From Macrostomum hystrix (Eukaryota > Animalia > Platyhelminthes): a stretch of 64,000 nucleotides of DNA. The notes beneath the pieces were generated by a model, which worked only from the letters and a program-made list of their open reading frames with translations, did no database searches and was not told the origin of the DNA. The stretch covers positions 682,001 through 746,000 of the forward strand of contig CATNEN010000001.1 in NCBI GenBank assembly GCA_950097015.1. Direction: 5' to 3'. The translations under genes were made by a program, and so were the position numbers. Position 1 is the first letter of the stretch. The number at the start of each line of letters is the position of its first letter. This document shows, one piece after another, positions 23,901 to 35,635 of the stretch.

Positions 23901-26900
23901 CAAACAGTTTTTTTTCTAGATTTAAGGGCGGTGAAAGAAGCCAAAAAAAGTGACAGAATTTTCCTAATTTTTCTATCCGCAGAAAATATTACATTTTCTG
24001 CAGCCATTGCTGCGTGACGAGATTTAACCACCCGCTGGCTTTCCTAGGACAAGTCTTGAATGAGTCTCTTTATTAGTAATCCCAGCGCTTGTGTCGGCTG
24101 CTTTTGACACTCAATCGCGATGGTGTCTCCCATCCTCAATCCCTTTTTTCAAAGCCTCACCGTTTTGACGCTTTTGAGCTTTCAAATCAGTGGCTTTAAG
24201 AAAAGAAGATTGCGACAAGTCAATTCGCTGACAAAACAAGGAGAAAACTGGAGATGACTTGCTTTTGAGCCATGTGATATGTCAAAGCTTTCAAAAACTA
24301 TAGCTATTTACCTGCGATTCCAGCCAAAAGACTAACAACAATGTTTTCAACTTGTTTTCTTTCTCTGTCTTGATGCTTATTACCCACATTCCTACATTCA
24401 CGCAAACCATTTGATACCACTTTTGTTCTCCACTAGCAGTCTAGCTGACTTATGTTAGCAAGACCAGACACGAAGCTGGAGTGGACTGAAAACTGGATAA
24501 ATTCAAGATCATTTAACACCCAACTCACTCCGCCAGTTCAGACCCTTGAAATACCCACCTCACTCCGCCAGTTCAGACCCTGGAAATACCCACCTCACTC
24601 CGCCAGTTCAGACCCTGGAAATACCCACCTCACTCCGCCACTTCAGACCCTTGAAACACCCACCTCACTCCGCCAGTTCAGACCCTTGAAACACCCACCT
24701 CACTCCGCCCGAAAAGACTCTTGAAACACCCACCTCACTCCGTCCGATAAGACCCTTGAAGCACCCACCTCACTCCGCCCGATAAGACCCTTGAAGCACC
24801 CACCTCACTCCGCCAGTTCAGACCCCAAAAAACATTCACCTCACGTCTGGTTTTACTACGGGTGTGTCATAAGTAATGTCACTGTGGTTGTTGTGCGGGA
24901 ACCCAAAGCAATAATCATCCAAATATATTATATTCTGAAAGTACAATTATTGAGAAGTTGCCACCACACCTGAGCAGCAATTTTAATGTCTATGGCCAAA
25001 ACTGTCGCAAGAATTTGTTAATCAGATTTAGCAAGCGCAACGCGATGAAATCTTCTTTTTGCAACGAGCAAAACTCAACATGAATCACGACAAGATGCAC
25101 ATCCAGTTCTACGCTTTCATTCGCTTCAAGCTTGGAAAATCTGCACTTGAAGTAGAGGAGGATCTCCGGAACACACTGCCAGACAACTGCCCAACTCGCA
25201 GGACAATTTACAGGTGGTTTCAGAACTTTACAGATCCTGGGTTCGAATTGGGAGATGCCGCCAGATCTGGACGACCATGTTCAACCAGGACAATAGAGAA
25301 CATCGAAGTCATCAGCGACCTGGTCAAGGAAGACCCGCGGCAGTCTGTCAGGGAGCTAGCGGACTGCTTGGAGATTGATTTCAAGACAGTCCATCGCATC
25401 TTGACAGAGGATCTCCATCTCCGAAACGTCTGCTCGGTCTGGGTGCCCCATGACCTCACTGCGGACCAACGTCAGGCCCGCGTGAACTGCGCCAATCAGA
25501 TCCGCAAGGTGTTCAGCAGCCGGGGCTTGGATGACATCCTAAACTGCCTGGTTGTTGAGGATGAGACCTGGCTCCACCTGGATGGCAAAAGCAGCAAGGC
25601 AGACAATCGCTGCTGGCTGGGAGCTGGGGACTCCAGGCTGACTGTGACCAGGAGGTCCATCTCAGACAAGAAGACCATGCTGCTGGTGGCATTCACGCCA
25701 AACAAACGAGTCTCCATCTGTACAACTCCGCCAAACACCAAGGTCGATGGCCAGTACTTCATCGACTTTGTCCGACACACTGGGAACCTCTGGCGCACGC
25801 TCCGGTCAAACCCGATTCACCTGAAAGAAGTTCTGTGGCAGATGGACAACGCACGGCCCCACACCTGTCAGGCTGTTTCGGATTTTCTGGCTGGACGGCG
25901 AGTAAATCTGCTCTGGCAGAGTCCCTACAGCCCAGACTTCAACTTGTGCGACAGGTTTCTCTTTAAATGGCTGAAGGCAGACTTTTCCCAGAGAAGTTTC
26001 GCAAACCATGATGAGGTCAAAGAAGCCGCGTTGCACTGGTTCCGACAGCTGGAGGAAAAACACCTGCAGGCTGAGGTAGAGAAGCTGTACGAGCACTGCC
26101 AGAGGGTGATTGATATTGGGGGACACTATGTTGTTGATTGATACAGTTTCGTTCATCTGCGATTGTTAGTTGGTCTGTTTTACCCTCAGTGACATTACTT
26201 ATGACACACCCGAAGTACTACCCACTTTATTCAACCGGTTTATAACATAAACGCCCCTTTGTATAATTATTTTTTATCACCTGATTATTTATTTTTTAAA
26301 CTGAAACAATGTTTCCAATTTTCGTATAAAAACTTTTCAGAATTTTCAGAGTCGCTTTAAGTTTAAGCTTTTGTTTGAAGCAAAAATCACAAATGAGAAT
26401 GGATTTTCTTAGAGAACTTTTTTGAAGCCCTATAGAGTGCAGTATACAAATATTAATGCCTATAGCTCGTTATTAGACCAAGTTGCACCCCTTGCAGAGG
26501 CTGGAAACGGTATGGCGAAAAACTTGGGCTGGTGAATCTTTCTCTTCCCTCCGCACAACTACACCCCACTGCTTTCTTCCCAACTCCCATCCCCATCTAG
26601 CTAAGCAGATCCGACTGTCCACTCGACCGTAAGTGAAACACCCAGTATATATTACGAGTACTGAGTATAGGACTCGCTACACGAGAAAGATAGCCGCCGT
26701 GATGAGAGGAGAGAAGTGAAAAAAGCACTCAGTCTTCGCACTCTGTTAATTCCATGCTAGTTCTTGAACTAGACACACTGCACATATACACACAGTACAT
26801 ACTTGCAACTCTGTTGATACTAACACTTGCACGGCTGCTTTCTATGCTCTACTGAAATTGATTTTTAACAAGAAATATGGGCTAGTTTGTTTTCGACCAC

Positions 26901-29900
26901 TTCTTGGATTGAAGATTCGGAGTTGCTATGTGAAGATTCGGAGTTGCTATGTGAGGATTCGGAGTCTCTGTGTGAAGATTCGGAGTTGCTATGTGAAGAT
27001 TCGGAGTTGCTATGTGAGGATTCGGAGTTGCTATGTGAGGATTCGGAGTTGCTATGTGAAGATTCGGAGTTGCTATGTGAGGATTCGGAGTTGCTATGTG
27101 AAGATTCGGAGTTGCTATGTTAAGATTCAGAGTTGCTATGTGAAGATTCGGAGTTGCTATGTGAAGATTCGGAGTTGCTATGCGTAGATTCGGAGTCATG
27201 AACATCCGAATTGGAAAACTCACCGGATCATTAAGAGGCCGCGCCTGAGTGTCTGCCTGTTGCTCTGGCACAAGCTGATGATCGTGGAAGCGACTGTCAA
27301 CGAGTCAGAGATCCATTCGTGCATCAGGAAGAAGACTGACAAAAAGTCTTGATTAGCAACTGAAGCCTCCTTGCTGCTAATGTCTGCGTTAGTGTTTGTG
27401 AAAGCATCATAGAGATCATTTTTATTTCATGAAGCAACATTAAAGTTGATTTTAAACTCAGTAAAACAAATCACTAACCAAAGCAGGACACTCCAAATTC
27501 TACTAGGCTGGGAATTGTGCCGCCTCGCACAACCACCTCAGAGTTAGCGGCAACTCCGCTGTGTGATTCGTCCAGTAGCAACAAGTCGTTTTTCAATCTG
27601 GCAAGGTGACTGCAAAAAATGTTTTTGAAAAGCCCGTTACTGATAAATAATAATAATCTAACCCATTAATAATAATAATAATTGCAGAAGAGCTGTGGCA
27701 ATCGCACATCATTTGGTGACACTAGACCCGCAGCCAGCGAAGAGGCAATTCTGCCCATTTCGCTGACTCCTGAGCACACACGTATACAGATACTGAACGC
27801 AGGCACATGCTCACCCAGGTGTGTACATCTGCCCTGACTTTCTCATCTTCAGGCAGTGCAGATTTAACTGTGCCTTGGAGGTTTGCCCTTCTCTCCGCGG
27901 CTGCACCCCAAAAAATGTGGCCTCGCCGTGGAATCGAGCTTGGGGACATTGTTGCGAGAGACAAACGCGATAACTACTGTGCCACAGACCCTCTAACCTA
28001 ACACCTTAGCCACAACCAAACACCTTAACGCCTTAGCATCATTGTTTCAACACTCCGACCTGATAACACCTTAGCATCACTGTTTCACACACTCCGACCT
28101 GATAACACCTTAGCATCACTGTTTCACACACTCCGACCTGATAACACCTTAGCATCACTGTTTCACACACTCCGACCTGATAACGCCTTAGCATCATTGT
28201 TTCAACACTCCGACCTGATAACACCTTAGCATCACTGTTTCACACACTCCGACCTGATAACACCTTAGCATCACTGTTTCACACACTCCGACCTGATAAC
28301 ACCTTAGCATCACTGTTTCACACACTCCGACCTGATAACACCTTAGCATCACTGTTTCACACACTCCGACCTGATAACACCTTAGCATCACTGTTTCACA
28401 CACTCCGACCTGATAGCACCTTAGCATCACTGTTTCACACACTCCGACCTGATAACACCTTAGCATCACTGTTTCACACACTCCGACCTGATAACACCTT
28501 AGCATCACTGTTTCACACACTCCGACCTGATAACACCTTAGCATCACTGTTTCACACACTCCGACCTGATAACACCTTAGCATCACTGTTTCACACACTC
28601 CGACCTGATAACACCTTAGCATCACTGTTTCACACACTCCGACCTGATAACACCTTAGCATCACTGTTTCACACACTCCGACCTGATAACACCTTAGCAT
28701 CACTGTTTCACACACTCCGACCTGATAACACCTTAGCATCACTGTTTCACACACTCCGACCTGATAACACCTTAGCATCACTGTTTCACACACTCCGACC
28801 TGATAACACCTTAGCATCACTGTTTCACACACTCCGACCTGATAACACCTTAGCATCACTGTTTCACACACTCCGACCTGATAACACCTTAGCATCACTG
28901 TTTCACACACTCCGACCTGATAACACCTTAGCATCACTGTTTCACACACTCCGACCTGATAGCACCTTAGCATCACTGTTTCACACACTCCGACCTGATA
29001 GCACCTTAGCATCACTGTTTCACACACTCCGACCTGATAACACCTTAGCATCACTGTTTCACACACTCCGACCTGATAACACCTTAGCATCACTGTTTCA
29101 CACACTCCGACCTGATAACACCTTAGCCTCACTGTTTCACACACTCCGACCTGATAGCACCTTAGCATCACTGTTTCACACACTCCGACCTGATAACACC
29201 TTAGCCTCACTGTTTCACACACTCCGACCTGATAACACCTTAGCATCACTGTTTCACACACTCCGACCTGATAACACCTTAGCATCACTGTTTCACACAC
29301 TCCGACCTGATAACACCTTAGCATCACTGTTTCACACACTCCGACCTGATAGCACCTTAGCATCACTGTTTCACACACTCCGACCTGATAACACCTTGGC
29401 CCTATTTTAGGCAAAACTTAAACCAGGTGAAAAAACACCAAGTAAAGCACAGAAAGATATTCTTCAACGTCAGACATCCGTATGACGAGACATTGTTTGG
29501 TAAAAAGGTGCTGCGGCAGACAGCGCCACAGTTCGGGCCAGGCAGAATAGCAGAAAGCATTGTTTTCCAACTCAAAATCCCCTTGGGTTTTCAGAGGGCC
29601 GGCAAGGAAGTTTGTCAAGAGAGAGAGTCAGAGAAGAGAGAAAGATACACACACTGTGCCTTGCATTTTGAGTTTACCGTACATTAGGCGATATCGAGCA
29701 AGCAGTGACAGAGATTTATTTCAAAAGTGATTTATTTCGACAATCCTCTTGCCATGGAAATGGAAAATGGCAAAAAATTCAATTTGAGTATCTTATTTTT
29801 AATCAAATAATAGAAGAACAAGGGATGGATTCGAGGTTAGACTTTAACACACCAGCTTTATCCGATCAGATCAATCAACTGAAGCAATTCTGTGGATAGC

Positions 29901-31139
29901 AGATGTGAAATTGGGAAATGTATTTTTCTGTCAAGAATTTATTTTAAAATTGATCAAAAATTCTGTCAGCTACATCCAGCAGCTTAAGCTTGAGTCCCAG
30001 TGGCTCTGAAGTAAATCATTTGTCCTTTCTCTTCTCCTTTAATCTTTGCGGAGGAGGTTGCTAAAATTAGACAGGTCTTTGAAACACACTTTTGATTTGG
30101 ATTATCAAAAAGGAGGAAATTGAAATAAATGTAGGAAGAGAACACTTTGGGTGGATCTTAACTAATGCTAAATTAGATTATACTCGTAATATTCGTTTTA
30201 GTGTTAGACTAGTTTTTATCTCCTTACGCAGAAAGTGTTTCATTTTTTCTCGCTTGAATTTTGTTGTGACAAAGAGAATTAGCTAAATGTTTCTCCTAAG
30301 TCCTAATTTGTTAAATGAGCTATTTTTAGCATCCAAGGTCAGTTGTCACGCGTTGCTTGTGTGCTTGCGGATGTTAATTTAGGGGCGCACTTTCTAGTCT
30401 TCAAGGTCAGATGGCACGTGACCAGAGCTTGAAGAAAAGATATAAAATGTAAAATAAAAAGTAATGAAAAAGGCTGATAAACGTAAGATAAATTGAATAC
30501 AAATCAATACATGAGAGGCAAATTAGCAACAACAAACGGTTAAATTGAATGAAGGAAGGCAAAAACGAAGGTAAAAAAAATAGCCAATCGATCGAGGTGC
30601 GACCAAGGTAGTACGCGCTCGTGATCGCGGAAAAACTGCTGCTAAACTACGCACAGCGAGCGTTGCAATATCCTGTGTGTTTTGCTGCTCCCGTCGAGGA
30701 CTCATTAAATAGTACGAGTAAGGTCTGGCGTCCCCCCTCCCCCAAAGCTCAAAGTCGTACACTTAATTGTGTAAAAGAAATATTACGATCGCCTATTAAG
30801 TTTTATTGACTTCTAGTCTGCGTTTCTTAGAAACCTAAGCCTGAAGTATTACAAAAACAGGTTGATTGAAAAAAGCAATTTACATAAAGTGAGCCTGCAA
30901 TAACAAGAGGTAGGAAAGTGAATAATAACAATGGCGATAACACAAGGACGCGCAGTCTTACCTGGTGGTCGCCGAGTGGTCTTCTCTGCCTCTGACAACG
31001 GCTGCATCGTCAGTAGAGTGTCGACAATGCGACGCGGAAAGTGTGGCATAGCTGCGTCGCTTCTGCAGACTGGGCGACTGAGGCGTCGTCGGTTGTGCCG
31101 ATAACGATGATCTTTGTTGTCGCTGACTGTGAGCTGGTG

Positions 31140-31176
<37 letters not shown>

Positions 31177-34100
31177 ATTCTGTTGCTGCTGCTGCTGCTG
31201 CTGTTGTTGATGATTCAACATCTTGGGTGATGAAGAGTCTAAAATAGTTTTTTATCCAATGAAATTTTTCTGTTCTTCTTTTGAATAATGCATTCTGTAG
31301 AACAGTTAAACAATTTCAAACAGGAAGCTCCATGTTGAGCCTAGAAATAATAACAGTGCCGGTCCGAAAACGAAAACCAAAGATTGATACTGTTGCGCTA
31401 CCGTTGTCTCTGAAAGCTTCTTATATGCTCTTTTGAGTCTTTACTTGGATTTTTTGTTCTGCTTTTATTTCTTCTTATAGTTGTACCGAGTCGGGCTGGG
31501 TTGGAGGGTGAGAGCGAAAAGCTACTCAAGTACACTTGGCCGCCGCCCCGGAGACGAAATCCCTTCTGCCCAGACCCACTCCCCATCCAACGCTAGCGCA
31601 AACAGCCTTCCCAAGAGTTTCCCAGGACCCGGCGAGCTACCGCCGCCCTCTCCTCCGCCGCCGACCAGAACTCTCGATTCGACTCCCAAGCGGCCAGCCA
31701 AAATGAAGTCTTTCAACATTCTGGAAGCTTTGGAAGTTCAATCTTAATGCGAGTCCGCCTGGCTGGTGGAACAACTTGGACTTTACCCAGTATATGCAAC
31801 TGTACAGGCCCCTCACGCCTCATTATTAGCACTCGCTTACTTAATGTAAGACGTCAATCAGTACATCAATAAATCTGTCTGTCTATCCATCAATCTATCC
31901 ATCCATCAATCCATCTATCAATCCATCTATCAACCTATTTATCAATCCATCTATCAATCAATCTATCAATCCATCTATCAATCAATCTATCAATCCATCT
32001 ATCAATCCATCTGTCTACCTATCTATCAATCCATCTATCAATCCATCTATCAATCCATCTATCAATCTATCAATCAATCCATCTGTCTACCTATCTATCA
32101 ATCCATCAATCAATCCATCTAACAATCCGTCTATCAATCCATCCATCAATCCATCTATCAATCCATCTATCAACCAATTTATCAATCCATCTATCAATCA
32201 ATCTATCAATCCATCTATCAATCCATCTATCAATCCATCTATCAATCCATCTATCAATCCATCTATCAATCCATCTATCAATCCATCTATCAATCCATCT
32301 ATCAATCCATCTATCAATCCATCTATCAATCCATCTATCAACCTATTTATCAATCCATCTAACAATCCATCTATCAATCCATCTATCAATCAATCTATCA
32401 ATCCATCTATCAATCCATCTGTCTATCTATCTATCTATCAATCTATCTACCATATCATCTATTTATTAGTCAATTATTCCCTCTAACCAAATCAATCCAT
32501 CAAACTGTCAATCATTCAAATATCAATCTAAGGATTTTCTCATTCTCGACGATTCGAACAAAACAATCTGCGGCATTATAAATCACTACTGATGCTGTGA
32601 TGCTCACGCGGAGGGCAGGTAATATTCATAATTGAAGAATTTAGATGTCGCCTATATTACCATGCGTTTCAATTCAATCACCAAATTTGGTCGCGCATTG
32701 TCCCAGAGTAGATGGCCTAGTGTTCTTCTAACACCCGGTTACACACACAATAAGTCCCTCAACCCGTCTTACCTTCCTTCCTTCCTTGCTTCCACTTTAT
32801 TCTTTCCTTTTTAATTCACGCTCGACTTGGTCCCTTACCTAGTAGTACATTGTCGATCTAACTACTTCTTCAATTTACAATCTGGCCTTCAATTCTTTTT
32901 CTAATCTTATGAAATCTTTTAATTCCCAAACACTGCTTGCCGCTTTAAATCTAGAGTTGATAAAAAGGCCTCTTGGCAGGGTAAGAGAGTAGAGAATATC
33001 TTGTAAATTCAATAAGCAACTAAGTTTGCTCACATTGAATGCTTAAATTGCTTAGCTAAGTAGCAACGGCAGCAGCAGCACAAGAAGAAAGAAAGACAGA
33101 ATAAAGAAAAAATGCAGAAGTGCTACTAGGAGCCTTTCCTACAGAAGCCTTCATGCAGTTCAACATAAAGACGGAGATACAGGAGAGCTGTTGGGTGGGT
33201 GGGTGCCAGGGTAGGCCCGCACTCACCCACCGCTTCAAGCAGCCTAGAATAGGGATTGGGTAAGATTGAAATAGGCGAGACAAGATGACTGCGTTTGGAA
33301 ACAAGAAAGAATCCATATTATAAGCTCTTCATGGTAGCGCTGAACGCACCAAGGCCTGGAAGAGGCGGGATCTACCCCCTCCCAACCTCCCCCGCCCAAA
33401 CTCCTGGTGAGCAATGGGGCTCATGAAAAATTCATCCGATTCCAACCCGGAGTAGCCGTCATGTGTTCAAAACATTTTCACTGTTTCTCACTCACGCGCA
33501 CACAGCTGATCCTCATAATCCTCACTGTTAATCTGAAAATTTCCTTATAACTGAGATTGCATCGTGTCCTATTTATGTGCGGGGCGAATGATCTGGTGTC
33601 AAGAAAACGATTACATATTGCAATGACTTTACTAATTAAAGAGATTGTATTGTTATCGGTGAAACTATTCTATAGTACTTTTATGAATGCACTTTTGTTG
33701 GATAATTATCGTAATCTTGATGTGAGAAATGCAATCAATTTGCCGAAATACTCGAAATGGCACCCGGAATCCATGTCGGCGATGCAAAATCATAGGTGGC
33801 GCATCCCACCATAGGATGGCTCACCCCAAATCCGAGGTGGCTCACCCCAAATCCAAGGTGGCTCACCCCAAATCCGAGGTGGCTCACCCCAAATCCGAGG
33901 TGGCTCACCCCAAATCCGAGGTGGCTCACCCCAAATCCGAGGTGGCTCACCCCAAATCCGAGGTGGCTCACCACAAATCCAAGGTGGCTCACCCCAAATT
34001 CAAAGTGGCGCAACCCCTAATCCGATTTGGTGCAACCCCAAATCCAAGGTTGCTCAACCCAAATACATTTAGGGGGCTCACCCCAAATCCGAGGTGGCTC

Positions 34101-34679
34101 ACCCCAAATCCAAGGTGGCTCACCCCAAATTCAAAGTGGCGCAACCCCTAATCCGATTTGGTGCAACCCCAAATCCAAGGTTGCTCAACCCAAATACATT
34201 TAAGGGGCTCACCCCAAATCCTATTAGTGGGCTCATCCCGAATCCAATTAAGGGGCTCACCCCAAATCCAAGGTGGCTCACCCAAAATCCAAGGTGGCGC
34301 AACCCCAAATCCAAGGTGGCGCAACCTCAAATCCAAGGTGGCGCAACCCCAAATCCAAGGTGGCGCAACCCCAAATCCAAGGTGGCGCAACCCCAAATTC
34401 AAGGTGGCTCACCCCTAAATCCAAGTGGCGCTCCTCAAATCCCCCTTGGCACCCTCGAAACCCCTTAGTGGCGACCATAAGATCAGGCTTCGCCCCCTTG
34501 ACTACAAGCACCAAAGACCACGCAGATGCTAATCGCTCACCTTTGATCTGTTCCAGACTCTGATGTCGCCGGAACAGGTGCCTCGGAAATCGAGACCGGC
34601 CGCTGCTTAATTTCGACGGAGTCGACGGTGACACTGTCGAATGGGTGGCATCGATCGTCTGTGTTGGCGCGGACTGCAT
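14988..34679 (-). CDS. RASGRP: RAS guanyl-releasing protein (RasGRP/CalDAG-GEF): REM, CDC25 RasGEF, 2 EF-hands, C1, C-terminal coiled coil; ~941 aa
   Basis: 16 exons with GT-AG introns and matching phases: 34679-34541, 31238-30962, 27609-27479, 27383-27224, 23371-23237, 23127-22977, 22611-22438, 21973-21857, 21776-21676, 21588-21405, 21302-21225, 21149-21048, 20274-20159, 19409-19072, 18250-17799, 15158-14988. Motifs: [107 protein letters not shown]. Confidence 0.93.
15280..16620. repeat. Intronic minisatellite, 19-bp unit (two sub-variants)
   Basis: ATCCTTCAGGCTCCTATTT switching to ATCCTTCAGTATCCTGCTC near 16315. Confidence 0.93.
17350..17715. repeat. Degenerate (GATA/GATT)n microsatellite
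   Basis: GATAGATTGATAGA repeats. Confidence 0.85.
18300..18441 (-). mobile_element. Degenerate tRNA/CORE-type SINE (family B)
   Basis: Minus strand reads ...GAAGGTCGGGGGTTCGATTCCC (B box), then GTGTCC...AGACATTTT...CCAGCTGTTAAATGGGTACC, resembling the CORE domain of invertebrate SINEs. Confidence 0.6.
18471..18872 (-). repeat. Dispersed ~390-bp hairpin-rich repeat, copy 2 (RasGRP intron)
   Basis: Reverse complement homologous to 11968-12356. Confidence 0.85.
18890..19030 (-). mobile_element. Degenerate CORE-type SINE (family B)
   Basis: B-box-like ACTTCGAATCCT, then GTGTCCTTGAGCGAGACACT...CATCTGTAAAATTGGTACC. Confidence 0.55.
19481..19730 (-). mobile_element. SINE family A, partial copy
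   Basis: GGTGACACTAGACCCGCAGCCAGCGAGGAGGCAATTCTGCCCATT block, the reverse complement of the 7500-7550 body. Confidence 0.85.
20378..20970. repeat. Intronic minisatellite, 37/41-bp unit
   Basis: CTCACATTCACCCCACTCCGCCAGATAAAGTCTGACC in tandem. Confidence 0.92.
22730..22850. repeat. Short degenerate minisatellite, ~34-bp unit
   Basis: CACCTCACTCCGCCCGCCTAGG... x3-4. Confidence 0.75.
23482..23835. repeat. Intronic minisatellite, 37-bp unit
   Basis: CACCTCACTCCTTCACACCCGCAGATCTCTAGACACC in tandem. Confidence 0.9.
24515..24845. repeat. Intronic minisatellite, 35-bp unit
   Basis: CACCTCACTCCGCCAGTTCAGACCCTTGAAATACC in tandem, ending just before the mariner TIR. Confidence 0.9.
24859..26212 (+). 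mobile_element. Full-length mariner (DD34D) transposon in a RasGRP intron
   Basis: Perfect 26-bp TIRs CGGGTGTGTCATAAGTAATGTCACTG (24859-24884; 26187-26212); left TA target site, right site reads AA; one uninterrupted transposase ORF. Confidence 0.96.
25080..26141 (+). CDS. Mariner transposase, 353 aa, intact
   Basis: N-terminal HTH region, WVPHDL, DETW, DNARPH and YSPDFNLCD, with exactly 34 residues between the second and third catalytic D. Confidence 0.96.
   Translation: MNHDKMHIQFYAFIRFKLGKSALEVEEDLRNTLPDNCPTRRTIYRWFQNFTDPGFELGDAARSGRPCSTRTIENIEVISDLVKEDPRQSVRELADCLEIDFKTVHRILTEDLHLRNVCSVWVPHDLTADQRQARVNCANQIRKVFSSRGLDDILNCLVVEDETWLHLDGKSSKADNRCWLGAGDSRLTVTRRSISDKKTMLLVAFTPNKRVSICTTPPNTKVDGQYFIDFVRHTGNLWRTLRSNPIHLKEVLWQMDNARPHTCQAVSDFLAGRRVNLLWQSPYSPDFNLCDRFLFKWLKADFSQRSFANHDEVKEAALHWFRQLEEKHLQAEVEKLYEHCQRVIDIGGHYVVD
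26910..27196. repeat. Intronic minisatellite, 21-bp unit
   Basis: GAAGATTCGGAGTTGCTATGT in tandem. Confidence 0.93.
27666..27993 (-). mobile_element. SINE family A, near full length with (TTA)n tail
   Basis: tRNA-like head at ~27925-27993 (GTGGCACAGTAG...GCTCGATTCC on minus); same body as the 7286 copy; AAT repeats at the 3' end. Confidence 0.85.
28000..29398. repeat. Intronic minisatellite, 39-bp unit, highly homogeneous
   Basis: ACACCTTAGCATCACTGTTTCACACACTCCGACCTGATA in tandem; explains the 406-aa ORF. Confidence 0.96.
31855..32455. repeat. 12-bp (ATCAATCCATCT)n microsatellite-derived array
   Basis: Direct reading. Confidence 0.92.
33816..34435. repeat. Intronic minisatellite, 21-bp unit
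   Basis: GGTGGCTCACCCCAAATCC(G/A)A in tandem, with a higher-order duplication around 33970-34215. Confidence 0.92.
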
Positions 34680-35635
34680 GATGTACAACGCGAACAGAAT
34701 ATGATCTTCTCTCCTATAGCAGGGAAAATTGATTTTATATGGTAACTAAAAGCGACGCGAAGAAATCGAGAGCTGTCGAGAATGAGCCTATAACTCAGTA
34801 CCCCAACCCCAACCTCCCAAATCCGGAGTCGATTGATGCTGTGGAAAACTAGGGAAAAAAAACTAGGAGAAAAATGCTTCAATGCAGTTGGTTGAGGGCA
34901 AAGGCGAGACGAGAACTAGAGGAGGCCAGAGAGAGAGGGTGGAGACGAGGCACTTGCATCGGATGAGGGGGCACGTAGCTCCAGGGAAGCGCAAAGTAAG
35001 AAGCAGAGAGACTATGAGAGACAAGCCCTAATGCTCCCTATTCATTGGCTGCTAAAGCTGAAAAGACCCGGATGGCTACAAAGGAATCACACCGCAATAT
35101 ATAGTTAGTGCCGATATAACCCATCAATAGAATACGCCATCACGGCATCCTATGCGTACGCAAACGTTCCGTTACAAATCCCCTAAATGACGCCGCAATC
35201 AATCTCGTATGAATGTATGAGACAAGCCATCCCTTGTAGTTGGCTGAATGTGACAAAATGTACCCAGATTCAAATGCTTTACAACACGAAAACGGCCTCC
35301 ACAAGCGTATCGTGTTACAATATATTTCGGGTGCGCCTTAAACAACAATGCCACCTGTTAGCATCACCTGGCAACCCTGTGTAATCCCCTAACAATGACA
35401 AAAGCTAATTTTGCTAAATATGAGCTGCCGTGAGAGCACCTGGGCTTCAATACTCTCTCAAAAATGAAGGCTATTCTCAACCGAATCGAGCCGCAGCTAT
35501 TATAGTATATAGCTTATTACGCTTCTTATCTACCAATTTTGAATTTATTCAACCAGAACTTTCACATTCATCGCTGAATATTCTCAAACAGACACCGGCT
35601 CATTCTGAGGATCTGGTAGGATCAATTTGCTCAAA

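Noticed and set aside
20378-24845. CRISPR-like appearance (constant core with ~35-bp period)
   Set aside because: The segments between cores are repeated within each array rather than being unique spacers; no cas genes; eukaryotic intron context.
28194-29414. 406-aa Cys-rich repeat ORF
   Set aside because: Pure 39-bp tandem array in RasGRP intron 2; flanking exons splice in phase without it.
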